From the IMG/VR virus record IMGVR_UViG_3300027747_002460: a stretch of 64,000 nt of DNA, one strand, 5' to 3'. Positions 53,502 to 63,175 of the stretch are shown here, one piece after another (position 1 is the first letter of the stretch; every line of letters starts with the position of its first letter). Source of the DNA: a virus. Made by a program: the position numbers and the translations under genes. The notes under the pieces were generated by a model, which saw nothing but the letters and a program-made list of their open reading frames with translations, had not been told where the DNA came from and made no database searches.

Positions 53502-55380
53502 CGAGCGCGATCCAATCCTTGCGAGCGTCTGCGCCCTTGGGATCAAATATCAGCTTGAGAGCATCGCCGAGACCACCGTCGTCGTTGATAGCTATCAGCT
53601 TGGGCTTGACAAGGCTGTGGCCCCAATCTGCTTCTTCCAACGAACCCAGACCCTTGGCTCGCGTTGGCTTTGGAGCACCCTTCCAGTCCCGGGCATCATA
53701 GGTGTGATAGTCGTCGGCGTACCAATAGTGCCTGTTCTTGCCCTTTTCCTGGATGATGAACGGCGTCTGCAGAGCATAGAAGAACGTGGGCAACTTGGGA
53801 TCAAACAGCTCGGGCCAATGCAGATAAAAGAAATTGACCAGCAGCGCAGTGATGTTGGCACCATCTGGATCTTGGTCAGCTGCCAACCATACCTGTCCAT
53901 AGCGCAGCGCTGCCCGATCTGCGCGTTGCCCAAGCGCCACACCGATGCTGGTCATGAGGTCCATGAGGATCTGATTGTCCAGCAATGCTTTTGGAGCTTC
54001 GCCGCGAACATTGAGGATCTTGCCTCTGAGTGGCAGCGCACCATGAACTTCTGGATCGCGCACAGCACTGACCATGGTCTTGGCACTGTCACCTTCCGTG
54101 ATCAGCAACACGCACTTGGTGCGATCCTTGCCGTTGGCATCCAGCAGCTTGGGCACCTTGGTGCGCATCATCTTGCGAGCCTGCTTGGCCAGCTCTGCAT
54201 CGTCTTTCTTCTGCGTGCGTGCGGCACAGCGAGCATAGATCTCGTCAATCCAAGCCTTGTTGGTCTTGATGATGTTTTTCAGCGTGGCTTCATCTTCCAA
54301 CACGGTCTTGATATAGCCATCAACATCGTCGTTGATCAGCCGCGTCTTTGATTGGCTGTCAAAGTTTGGTGCATGCATCACAGTTACATTGTAGATCAAC
54401 AGTCCATCTGCGATGTCTGAACGATTGGGTGTCAGTCCTCGACGCTTGCTCTCACGTTCCAGCGCACGTATCAATCCACCGTAGAACAGCCGCTTGAAGG
54501 TGTCAATATGCTGGCCGCCGTTGAACGCAGGGATATCGTTCACTGTGGTGTGCAGGTATTCGCCATCTTCGGCAAAATTAGGTACTAGGTAAAAGCTGCT
54601 CTTGAAATGCTTGTCCTTGACGTCGATGTTTATCACGGTTTTTCCGTCAAAGAACGTGCGAGCCACGGTTGGCTTAACTGCCACGCGCGACCCATTGAAA
54701 CTAAAGCGAATCTTTGGATGATTTGCCGCTATTTCTGTCATGCGTGCCTTGACGAAGGCCAAGGGCAGGTTGGCTTTCTTGAAAACATCCTTGCTGAGCT
54801 TGAACTCAACCGTGGTCCCTGTCTTACCACCATTCTTGGTGATCTTTGGTTCACGGATGTCCAGCTCGTCAAACGCAGCATTGCCCTCGCGGAACGTCTG
54901 CTGGAATCTCTGCCCGTCTCTGATGATGTCTATGGTGAAATGCTCACTGCAGCTGACCACGGTGCTGGCACCAATGCCATTGGTTCCGCGCACCTCCTCG
55001 CGAGCACCAAAGTTGCGTCCAGCGCGTGCCTGTGTGAGTGCCAACGTGGCTTTGTGCATGTTCTCGTTGTCGTCCCAGTCAATGGGAATGCCGCGTCCAT
55101 CATCGCTGACGGTAAACAGCATTTCCTTGGGATCATAGCTGACTTCCACGCTGGTACCATGACCGTGTCCAACCACTTCATCCAACGCATTGTCAAGTAT
55201 CTCACGGAAAGCGCAGTAGACAGCTGGTGTCCAAGTCATCTCCATGGGTTTCAGCGCCTTGCCGTCCCAGTTGACGATGGTCTGGCTATGCGGGCTACGA
55301 CTGCCCAGATACATCTCGGTGCGCAACCGGTGATGTTGGTAGTCGGTCAGCTTTTGGATATCGTTTGACTGTTTTTTCAT
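53494..55380 (-). CDS. Type II DNA topoisomerase, ATPase/TOPRIM subunit (T4 gp39+60 / GyrB-ParE-like)
   Basis: EILDNA, DDGRGIP, GTNGIG, ITEGDSA, PLRGKILNV, DQDPDG, KGLGS. Confidence 0.95.
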   Translation of the reverse strand: MKKQSNDIQKLTDYQHHRLRTEMYLGSRSPHSQTIVNWDGKALKPMEMTWTPAVYCAFREILDNALDEVVGHGHGTSVEVSYDPKEMLFTVSDDGRGIPIDWDDNENMHKATLALTQARAGRNFGAREEVRGTNGIGASTVVSCSEHFTIDIIRDGQRFQQTFREGNAAFDELDIREPKITKNGGKTGTTVEFKLSKDVFKKANLPLAFVKARMTEIAANHPKIRFSFNGSRVAVKPTVARTFFDGKTVINIDVKDKHFKSSFYLVPNFAEDGEYLHTTVNDIPAFNGGQHIDTFKRLFYGGLIRALERESKRRGLTPNRSDIADGLLIYNVTVMHAPNFDSQSKTRLINDDVDGYIKTVLEDEATLKNIIKTNKAWIDEIYARCAARTQKKDDAELAKQARKMMRTKVPKLLDANGKDRTKCVLLITEGDSAKTMVSAVRDPEVHGALPLRGKILNVRGEAPKALLDNQILMDLMTSIGVALGQRADRAALRYGQVWLAADQDPDGANITALLVNFFYLHWPELFDPKLPTFFYALQTPFIIQEKGKNRHYWYADDYHTYDARDWKGAPKPTRAKGLGSLEEADWGHSLVKPKLIAINDDGGLGDALKLIFDPKGADARKDWIALDA

Positions 55381-55407
55381 CAGCTAGTTATAGCACAGTA
55401 TCTGTGA

Positions 55408-56058
55408 TCACACAAGAGCCGGGTTCAGTACCGCCACTTTGATGTCACCTTTGGGGTAATTCTGCCTGTGAGCTGGCGGAGGAGTGATGCCCAATCGTTG
55501 GCACAGATGCAGGTTGTCCACCACGTCAAAGTCCACGTCTCGCTGTGCTGCGGCGTTGAGTATGCCGTTGTTCTGGAAATCTATGTGCCACGCCATCCTG
55601 GTTAGGTCCTTGTACCAAACATAACTGGGATAGGTTATGTCAAACCCACCGCTGCGCATCCACCATCCCAGGCAGGCATCGTTGGATCTATGCACCATCA
55701 CTATAGGGCAGTCGGGCCAGTTTACCTGCAGGAAGTCTATCTGAGTGGCGAACACATGGCTCTTGATTATCTTGATACCCCCATTATTGCTGAAGATCCA
55801 CGGGCGATCGAACTCAGCCTCGCATGCTTCCCTTGTATGCTGATCAAGCTGGTCGAACCAATCGCCAAATTCCATACCAGGATCAAAATATGCGCCAAAG
55901 TGATTGAGTAGCTTGTTTCCGTTGCCGCTGCCAAAGTCGTAGTAGGTGCGATCTTCGCTGTAGTCTCCGCGATCTATGTCGGCGCCGTAGTAGATGTTCT
56001 TGACCACGCTGCTCCACTTGCTGCCGGGAGCGCCAGTGACGAATATGTATTTGGGCAT
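55408..56058 (-). CDS. P-loop/sulfotransferase-like protein
   Basis: YIFVTGAPGSKWSS, IIKSH, MVHR; TGATG-coupled start. Confidence 0.55.
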   Translation of the reverse strand: MPKYIFVTGAPGSKWSSVVKNIYYGADIDRGDYSEDRTYYDFGSGNGNKLLNHFGAYFDPGMEFGDWFDQLDQHTREACEAEFDRPWIFSNNGGIKIIKSHVFATQIDFLQVNWPDCPIVMVHRSNDACLGWWMRSGGFDITYPSYVWYKDLTRMAWHIDFQNNGILNAAAQRDVDFDVVDNLHLCQRLGITPPPAHRQNYPKGDIKVAVLNPALV

Positions 56059-56261
56059 CAGACTCTCTTTATGGTACTGAGCCAAGCTCGCTCATGCAGA
56101 TAGTATAGCATGATCTTGCTAAAGAACTCAACACCAGATATGGTCAATGCCAGCTGTGCTTGTCCAGTGACCCACCAACTCACCACAAAGGTGTCAAGGG
56201 TACCCACTGCTCGCCAGCTGACAGCTTTGGCGATCAACAGCATGTCTCTGGAGATCTTCAT
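56058..56261 (-). CDS. DUF2061-type small membrane protein
   Basis: KAVSWRAVGTLDT...YYLHERAW. Confidence 0.8.
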   Translation of the reverse strand: MKISRDMLLIAKAVSWRAVGTLDTFVVSWWVTGQAQLALTISGVEFFSKIMLYYLHERAWLSTIKRV

Positions 56262-56941
56262 AGCGGGTAAATGGTGCCGTAGTTTGCGGCTGCCAACAGC
56301 TCACGTGTCTTGGCAGTCTTGCGTCCGGTTACCTGCAGGGCTGGACGTATCTTGCGGCTGGCATTGGCCGTGGCATGAGGCACGTTAGGCCAATCAAACA
56401 CATGCGCATCGCCTGCGCGCCACCTGTCATAGACCAAGTTGCCATACATGTAGAACTGTCCAGGTTCCCAGTCCTCTAGCATCACCGTGAGCCTTATCAC
56501 GTTGTCAGGTTCAGCATCCACGTCCCAGAGCTTGTCTATGTGCATGTTAAACATGTCACCCAGCTTCTGCACATGAACTCGTATCTTTGGCTGCTCTATG
56601 GCAAAGAAATCAACCATCTTGCTGAGAACTGGATAGTCACTCAGCTGATCCCACATGTGAGTTATGGTCATCTTGGGATCACCGCCTACCACAGCTATGT
56701 CTCTTTCCTCTTGGGCCAGCATGGGGCTATAACGCAGATCGTTTGGTCCGTAGAACTTGCGAGTCTCCCAGTTCATGGGCAGTGCTTTGGTCTTGATGTC
56801 GTCAATCTCAGCCTGCCAGTCCCCGGTAAATCTACCAAGCTTGGTGAACCAATCGCCCGGTCTGTCCTCGCGCCACTTGTCAAAATGGTAGTTGCTGCGC
56901 TCAACTGTCCAAGCCCAGCTGCTGTCATGTTCCTGTGTCAT
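56258..56941 (-). CDS. 2OG-Fe(II) dioxygenase-like (Asp/Asn beta-hydroxylase-like)
   Basis: MHID...PHATAN...R facial triad. Confidence 0.7.
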   Translation of the reverse strand: MTQEHDSSWAWTVERSNYHFDKWREDRPGDWFTKLGRFTGDWQAEIDDIKTKALPMNWETRKFYGPNDLRYSPMLAQEERDIAVVGGDPKMTITHMWDQLSDYPVLSKMVDFFAIEQPKIRVHVQKLGDMFNMHIDKLWDVDAEPDNVIRLTVMLEDWEPGQFYMYGNLVYDRWRAGDAHVFDWPNVPHATANASRKIRPALQVTGRKTAKTRELLAAANYGTIYPL

Positions 56942-57948
56942 CTGTCTGTGTCTTTCTCTATGAACAATCTCTGTGCGTTCTTGTAGGCTATCTGCTCTGC
57001 CACATCAGCGTCAAGCTGTCCTAGTATCTCGCGCCAAGTGTCAATGATGATGTCATAGTGCTGCCAGCGCCAGTCCTTGTGGCAATCAGTGGCAAACAGC
57101 ATGCGATCGGGCCACTTGGTCATGATGTGTCGCCACTGGTAATTTATCCTGCCATCGAGGTCTATCACCGGAGAACCCAGCTTGCTCTGTTTCTGCTTGC
57201 TGGTTGGTCCCGCGCCATTGGGCCAGAAACCTCGCCAAGTGTACCACCACCGCCCCACGTGTATGAGATCCTTCTTGCTCAGCAACAGATACACGTTGTC
57301 AAAGCGGTTAAGCAGCTCATTGCTGTAGACGGCACGTCCAAACCCACAGTGCGCGATCATAAAGTTGATGCGGGGGTATCGCTCGAACAGTGCGAAGAAT
57401 CCAGGATGGTCTCGCTCCCAGTCATAGAACTCCCAGTGAAGCATCACCGGAATGCCCTTGCCGTCCAGTGCGTCCATGAGATCAAGGAAGTTAGGCGACA
57501 AGGGATTGATGTAGCGTTCACCACGCAGCGTGGTTTCGTTGCCCCACTTGCCCGGATGCTTGTCGGCATGCACGCACTGCAGTTCGCCTATGAAGTGATA
57601 GAGGCCGCTGTCGCAGCCAGCTATGGCCTGCTCCACGAAACGCGCCCTGATATCATCCCTGTGATCAAAGCCTTTGGGTGCTCCCAGCACGAACATGTCA
57701 GGATATCGATTCTTGATATCTATCATGTGTTGCGTGCTGTCGTGTGGCTGCTGCTGCCTAGCAAAGATCATCATCTGGATGACGTTGTGCTGGTGCATCT
57801 TGGCCACAACGTCCTCGCCGGATCTGGTAGCACTGAACTGCATCATGGCATCTATCAGAGGACCTTCATACTTCTTGCGCGGTCCACAGAAAAGACCGTT
57901 CAACTTGATCCTCAGATATTTCGCCGCGTTCTTGACGTCTGACCACAT
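56938..57948 (-). CDS. Amidohydrolase-family TIM-barrel metalloenzyme
   Basis: FIGEL, VMLH, IAHCG, MLFATD; TAAATA at 57961-57966. Confidence 0.7.
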   Translation of the reverse strand: MWSDVKNAAKYLRIKLNGLFCGPRKKYEGPLIDAMMQFSATRSGEDVVAKMHQHNVIQMMIFARQQQPHDSTQHMIDIKNRYPDMFVLGAPKGFDHRDDIRARFVEQAIAGCDSGLYHFIGELQCVHADKHPGKWGNETTLRGERYINPLSPNFLDLMDALDGKGIPVMLHWEFYDWERDHPGFFALFERYPRINFMIAHCGFGRAVYSNELLNRFDNVYLLLSKKDLIHVGRWWYTWRGFWPNGAGPTSKQKQSKLGSPVIDLDGRINYQWRHIMTKWPDRMLFATDCHKDWRWQHYDIIIDTWREILGQLDADVAEQIAYKNAQRLFIEKDTDR

Positions 57949-57970
57949 GTTAGCAGTTCCTATTTAAGGT

Positions 57971-59428
57971 TTATATAGCCAAGGCAGCTGGCCGCGGAGC
58001 AGTGAGATAGCTCACCACCACGTTGGCCGCCGCGCTGCCGATCACCTGCACTCCTGTGCCTATGACCATTATCACTGGTCCACCACCGAACAGCAAACCA
58101 TACACATAGATCGGGCTGCCAATGCAGATTCCAACGAATGCGCCAGCATAAAAGCCCCAGCGAGTGATGAAGTTGCGTGCCAGCAGTGCGATCACATAGT
58201 TGCCAGCCAGTGACAGTCCTATGGCCTTGCCAAACATGAAGAAAGTACCGATATCCAATCCGGGTATGTTTGCCATGGCGATACCAACCGCTGCCAGTAT
58301 GAACATGGCAGCGAAACCCCAGCGCATTGGGTTGTCGGCCTTGGCCGCGTCGTGGAAATCATTGCTGCTGATGGTAGCACTGGTCATCAATATGGTATCG
58401 ATCAAGCTAACCAAACCGCTGAAGACCACTGCTAGATACATCAGTGCCAACCAAGGGCCTACCACGGTGGCCATCATGATGATGTTGATGAACTGTGTGT
58501 TTGGACCAGTGACACCAACATGCATGCCAGCAGCCAAGAATCCAAGACCGCCGCCAATGATAGGCAGTGGCAACCAATAAAATGGAGCCAAGATGAAAGC
58601 AGGGATGATGGTGTTCTTTTTCTGGCTTAGAGCATTCTCATAGAACGCATGATCAGTCCATGGTCCCATGAAATGTCCTACCACGGTTGGCACACCAAAG
58701 CCCATTAACACACCCAGGGCGAAGCTGTTGCCCCAGAGAGTGGTACCATTACCCGTGACGCCTCCCAGTCCTGCCCACACCGGCTCGAGACCAGTGGTTC
58801 CGAAAACCGTGATGGCTATGATAGCCATACCAATCCAGATAACACCAATCTTGACCATGTCAGTGATGAACGTAGCCTTGATGCCGCCGCGCAAGGTATA
58901 AACCAGCGCTATGGCTACTAGGAACACGCTGGTGATCAGCGGGCTCAGCCCTGTCAAGAACTCCACGCTCTTGCTGCCCGCGAACAGGCTGAACGTGACC
59001 TGCTGCACAGTACTTACGGTTATCTGTGCAACTATGATGAACTGCACGATCTTGCCCAGACGTGTGCCCAGGAACTGGCTGAGTGTATAGCCATCTGGAT
59101 ACTTGTTGCGGAAGTAATTCACACCAAAAGCAAATATCATCAGCGTCAAGAAGTTACCGATGCTGAAATAGAACAGTCCAGTTAAACCATTGGTATATGC
59201 CTGTTGTGCTGCTACAAACAGCCCCGGAGCCTGTATCCATGCTGCTCCTGCTCCCATGCTGCCCTGCAGCCAGCCTATCTTGCGATTGGCCACAAGGAAG
59301 GATTCCTTGTCTTTGTTGTATCCCCTGCTGTACCAGCTGGTCACAGCAAATATGAACAGAGCATAGGCCGCAATGACAGTGAAACCTGTCATTGGACTGA
59401 ACATTGGGAACATGTGCGCGATATCCAT
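57971..59428 (-). CDS. Sodium:solute symporter family transporter (urea/amine-transporter-like)
   Basis: About 13 TM segments, FLVANRKIG, YTLRGGIKATFITD, SGLVSLIDT. Confidence 0.85.
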   Translation of the reverse strand: MDIAHMFPMFSPMTGFTVIAAYALFIFAVTSWYSRGYNKDKESFLVANRKIGWLQGSMGAGAAWIQAPGLFVAAQQAYTNGLTGLFYFSIGNFLTLMIFAFGVNYFRNKYPDGYTLSQFLGTRLGKIVQFIIVAQITVSTVQQVTFSLFAGSKSVEFLTGLSPLITSVFLVAIALVYTLRGGIKATFITDMVKIGVIWIGMAIIAITVFGTTGLEPVWAGLGGVTGNGTTLWGNSFALGVLMGFGVPTVVGHFMGPWTDHAFYENALSQKKNTIIPAFILAPFYWLPLPIIGGGLGFLAAGMHVGVTGPNTQFINIIMMATVVGPWLALMYLAVVFSGLVSLIDTILMTSATISSNDFHDAAKADNPMRWGFAAMFILAAVGIAMANIPGLDIGTFFMFGKAIGLSLAGNYVIALLARNFITRWGFYAGAFVGICIGSPIYVYGLLFGGGPVIMVIGTGVQVIGSAAANVVVSYLTAPRPAALAI

Positions 59429-59511
59429 TCTTTTCTCCAGATTATTTGATCATCACCGAGATGATATATGCTATATATGTAAAAATATCGGCTCTAGTGG
59501 AAGAAATCAAT

Positions 59512-60285
59512 ATGAACAGAAGAATAAACGAGCATCTGGTGAAAAATCTCAAGGCCACGTTCAATTTAGAGCGCTGGCGCGAGATAAACGAGCAAATCAG
59601 CAGAGAAACGCTGCTGGAGAGACTGCCATGGACCAGCAAGCGCAGAGAGAAGTTCACTCAGATGCTAGCCAGCACCTTTGGTGTCGCTGCTGAGCTGCGC
59701 GGCACGGTGGCAGAACTGACCAACAGCCTGGATCAAGCCTACTGTGAGCATTTCTGGCAGAAAGTTTGGCAGCCGCGTACCGAGAATTACACCTATACTG
59801 GTTGGCAGGCAGTTGATGAGATACTGAGCAGGAATCCAAGGTCAGTGTTGGACGTTGGCTGCGGTTATAACCAGTTCAAGACCAAGATACCAAACCTAGT
59901 CGGCATAGACAAGTACAACCCTGCTGCTGACTACATGGTCGACATCTTGGACTTTGATGTCGACCCTGAAAGCTATGATGCTGTCATGGTATTTGGTAGC
60001 ATAAACTTTGGCGACTATGAGGATGTGGCCTGTAGGTTTGCCAAGGTCTTTGAGCTCACTGCGCCTGGTGGCAGGATATATGTACGAGCCAATCCCGGCT
60101 ACAGCCACCCCACTGGCCCATGGATAGACATATTTGCCTGGGACTTTGCCACAGCTCATCGCGTGGCCAAGGACAACAATGCCACTATGTTGACGTTCAA
60201 GCATGACCAAGATCAGCCACAGGATAGCAGCGTTGATCCGGGTCACGGCCAAGGTAATCGTCTTTATTTTGTCTATGAGAAGTGA
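59512..60285 (+). CDS. Class I SAM-dependent methyltransferase
   Basis: VLDVGCGYN, GID, FGSINFG. Confidence 0.8.
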   Translation: MNRRINEHLVKNLKATFNLERWREINEQISRETLLERLPWTSKRREKFTQMLASTFGVAAELRGTVAELTNSLDQAYCEHFWQKVWQPRTENYTYTGWQAVDEILSRNPRSVLDVGCGYNQFKTKIPNLVGIDKYNPAADYMVDILDFDVDPESYDAVMVFGSINFGDYEDVACRFAKVFELTAPGGRIYVRANPGYSHPTGPWIDIFAWDFATAHRVAKDNNATMLTFKHDQDQPQDSSVDPGHGQGNRLYFVYEK

Positions 60286-60612
60286 GTGATGGGTTTATTC
60301 TGTTTCCAAGGAAACCCATCGAAAACTCATTGAGGTTACGCCGCTAGGCGAATCTCAGATGCAACGAAGTTGTCGTTTGCAGTTAGAAAATTGGACAATC
60401 CGGTTACCCGGAGGCGTGCCTAACCTGCTGACTCCTGCTACCCTTTACACGTCTGTCGATCCTATTTCGCCCCCATCAAAGATACACACCTAAAGCTAGA
60501 ATGCCTCATAGGGTCACGAAGCAACTAGGGACTTCAACCCTCGCATGTATCTATGGTGGAGGCGCCGGGTACCGCCCCCGGGTCCAGACCGCTTATTACG
60601 ATGCTATCAACA
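60286..60612 (-). ncRNA. ssrA: Circularly permuted (two-piece) tmRNA; tag ANDNFVASEIRLAA
   Basis: Order on the minus strand: T arm CCGGG-GGCGGTA-CCCGG plus CGCCTCC-A-CCA (ends 60554), 79-nt intervening segment, 5' strand GGGGGCG (60474) giving G3-U70, tag ORF 60380-60336. The outer ends are approximate. Confidence 0.92.
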
Positions 60613-60621
60613 TCAACTAGG

Positions 60622-60629
60622 TATTTATA
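60622..60629 (-). promoter_or_regulatory. T4-type late promoter box upstream of the tmRNA
   Basis: Exact TATAAATA. Confidence 0.55.
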
Positions 60630-60844
60630 GCAGGTTTTTTGTACAAGTCAACCCTGGCCCACTCGCAGCTGCACTTAACATCGCAGAATCCCAGATTGCG
60701 CTGGGCGTTGTGGTACAGTGGTGCCCAATAGCTCCACTGCCGGTCACCACCCTGGAACTGGTGCAGTATGGCTTCGGTTGGCTTACCGCAATGGCTGCAG
60801 GGCTGTCCCTGGATCCAGGTCATAGTTGGAGTTGGCTGCATCTA

Positions 60845-61183
60845 TCAAGCAAACTTGCTGGGAATGCCACCTGCGGGTATGCTCAAGCTGCTGGTCATGC
60901 TGAGATAGCTCTTCTTAACGCTGTCTTCTGTCAGAGTGATGAACAGCACATGGCTCAGGCTGACTTTGAGCTTGGCATCCACGGTTACCGTGAGAGCGAA
61001 GCCAGGCATCAGCTGCATACCCATGCGGCCCGTGTTAGGGTCTACGCTGATCTGCACGCTAAGCGGCTTGTTCATGGTTATAGTGTTCTCGTCAGCTGCT
61101 GTGATCTTGGTGATTATCTCTTCTCCGCTGGTCATCTTGACCGTGCAGATGTCGTCTACCTTCCAGGATTTCTCTATGAGCAT
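60845..61183 (-). CDS. Sm/SH3-like small beta-barrel protein
   Basis: TVKMTSGEEIITK...MNKPL pattern; TAGGAG RBS. Confidence 0.6.
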   Translation of the reverse strand: MLIEKSWKVDDICTVKMTSGEEIITKITAADENTITMNKPLSVQISVDPNTGRMGMQLMPGFALTVTVDAKLKVSLSHVLFITLTEDSVKKSYLSMTSSLSIPAGGIPSKFA

Positions 61184-61237
61184 GTTGGTTCTCCTATGCG
61201 TGCTTGATTTTACGGTGCAGCCAGCTGTCGCGCAATA

Positions 61238-62191
61238 TTAGCGCGTCTTGACATGGCCGCCACCTGTCAGCGAGCCAACTATAGGCTTGTCAGCTTCTGG
61301 AGGTATGTCCCAGGCACGGCCCACGAACTTTCTGTATCGATAGTTGTTTAAGAAGTTAGTCTCTGTGAGGTCATGCCCTTGGTTGCCACCTAGCAGACGC
61401 ACTCTTCCGGAACTTGGATCAACACCTCGCACAAATGCCACGTGATGGTTTCTGCCGTTCTCGCTGACGAAGATATCATTTCTACGCCACTGCGTTGGAT
61501 CATTTATAGATATGGCTTTGGCTCCGCATTTACGTACCCAGTCAGTGGCATAGCTGTCAGCTGTTGCCGTTTTTAGAGCTGGTATACCCAGCGATTGTAG
61601 CACAGTACCAACAAAAGCAGCACACCATGGACACTTATCACCTGGTTCGATTCTCTTGGCATTGGCTATACCAATGGTGTGAGCATAGCAGTTGAGTATG
61701 TTGGGATTGCCGGGTTCAGTCCGCGTCGCTTTCCATTTGCCAGCTTCTCCTTCTGCTTTCAACTGATTGAGATAGCTTTCCAACGAGCCCCACAGACCAG
61801 CAGCACCACTAGGCGGAGGTGTCACTCCAGATGATATTGGTTCCGGATCACCTGCATGGTCATTTGGATCGCTTGTGCGAGGTCCAGGAGGAGGAGCTTC
61901 TGCTTGTTTTGTTATCGTACCATCATCATTTTCAAGTTCATCTGGATTTGCGTCTGCATATGCCTGGGCAGCCTTATAGTTTTTGATCTGTTCTGGATTT
62001 GGGGCATAATCAGCAACTGGTGGTGGCACTGGTATGTTCAGTGCGGTGAGAAAGCTATTACCAAGCTGGGGCGGTAACCATAGTGCTGCCTGTACATTGT
62101 TGATGAACACGTTTGGGCTATAGTAAACGTCTTCAACACCTGCATCTATGAGGTCCAGTGCCTGTGGAAATCCGCGAGGTAGGTAAGGCAT
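61238..62191 (-). CDS. Putative baseplate/tail-associated protein with C-terminal CHAP/TIGR02594-like domain
   Basis: YSPNVFINN (PAAR/gp5.4-like start), Pro-rich linker, PWCAAFVG, HVAFV, LGGNQ. Confidence 0.65.
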   Translation of the reverse strand: MPYLPRGFPQALDLIDAGVEDVYYSPNVFINNVQAALWLPPQLGNSFLTALNIPVPPPVADYAPNPEQIKNYKAAQAYADANPDELENDDGTITKQAEAPPPGPRTSDPNDHAGDPEPISSGVTPPPSGAAGLWGSLESYLNQLKAEGEAGKWKATRTEPGNPNILNCYAHTIGIANAKRIEPGDKCPWCAAFVGTVLQSLGIPALKTATADSYATDWVRKCGAKAISINDPTQWRRNDIFVSENGRNHHVAFVRGVDPSSGRVRLLGGNQGHDLTETNFLNNYRYRKFVGRAWDIPPEADKPIVGSLTGGGHVKTR

Positions 62192-62198
62192 GTTGGTC

Positions 62199-62465
62199 TC
62201 ACTTGCTCCCTAGATGCTTGACCAGATCATCATGGCCACCGATGTGCGTTCCGTCTAGCCATATCTGTGGCACGGTCTTAGCATCTGGACAGACTGCCAG
62301 AAGTTCTGTGCGATCGCTCAGTGATTGGTTTGATTTCAGCTTGCGGTCATCACCATTAGTTACGCCGATGATCTTCTCGTCATAGGTGATGCTGTGTTTG
62401 TCAAACAATGCTTTAGCTCTAGTGCAGTATGGGCAGTGATCTTTGGTGTAAATGATGGCATGCAT
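62199..62465 (-). CDS. Glutaredoxin
   Basis: CPYC, TVPQIW, IGGHDDL. Confidence 0.95.
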   Translation of the reverse strand: MHAIIYTKDHCPYCTRAKALFDKHSITYDEKIIGVTNGDDRKLKSNQSLSDRTELLAVCPDAKTVPQIWLDGTHIGGHDDLVKHLGSK

Positions 62466-62485
62466 CGGCGTATCCTCTGGAATAT

Positions 62486-63175
62486 TTATTGGTGTATAAC
62501 GTGGCTCAATGAACCATCAGCGTTGGTATGTATCCACACAGTACCATCGGGTATAGGCCAACCAGCATATTCATAATGCCAAGCCCAGCGTGTGACATAA
62601 ACTACAGTAGGTTCATCACTGCGCACTATACCAAGTCCAAGATCCATCACTGCCTTAGCGAAATATCTATCGCTCCACAGTTGTTGTCCTGGTTCGACTA
62701 TCCAGCCTGTCATGGCCGGCAGGGCCTTGCGGGTGAGGAACCAGCTGTTGGTATCCACCATGTTCTCACCGTTGCTTTCCACACGATCAACGTACATTTC
62801 ACGATCGTCTTGGCTGTGTATGACCCTGGTGGCTATCACACCATCAGCACCGCTCTCAGACAAGATGTCTACCATGAGCTCAACGTGATTGGGCTTGAGA
62901 TAGCAATCAGCGTCGATGAATCCCACAGCATCGTAGCCTTGGCTAAATGCGCTGAGAGCTGCTACTGCCCGCGGTGTCGCGCCTGCATCGGCGTGAGTTT
63001 TAGGTAGCTTGATGTGGTCTACCGTATCAAGCTTGTCTACCATGGGATGAGGGTTACCATCACTTACCAAGATGTGTCGAATGTTAGCATAGGTCTGAGC
63101 CTTTACGCTGCCATGACACCTGCGCAGAGTGGCAGCATCCTCGGCATGATAGGGTGTGATCATAGCAACACGCAT
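62486..63175 (-). CDS. Glycosyltransferase family 2
   Basis: ITPYH, SVKAQTY, VSDG, FIDAD. Confidence 0.85.
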   Translation of the reverse strand: MRVAMITPYHAEDAATLRRCHGSVKAQTYANIRHILVSDGNPHPMVDKLDTVDHIKLPKTHADAGATPRAVAALSAFSQGYDAVGFIDADCYLKPNHVELMVDILSESGADGVIATRVIHSQDDREMYVDRVESNGENMVDTNSWFLTRKALPAMTGWIVEPGQQLWSDRYFAKAVMDLGLGIVRSDEPTVVYVTRWAWHYEYAGWPIPDGTVWIHTNADGSLSHVIHQ

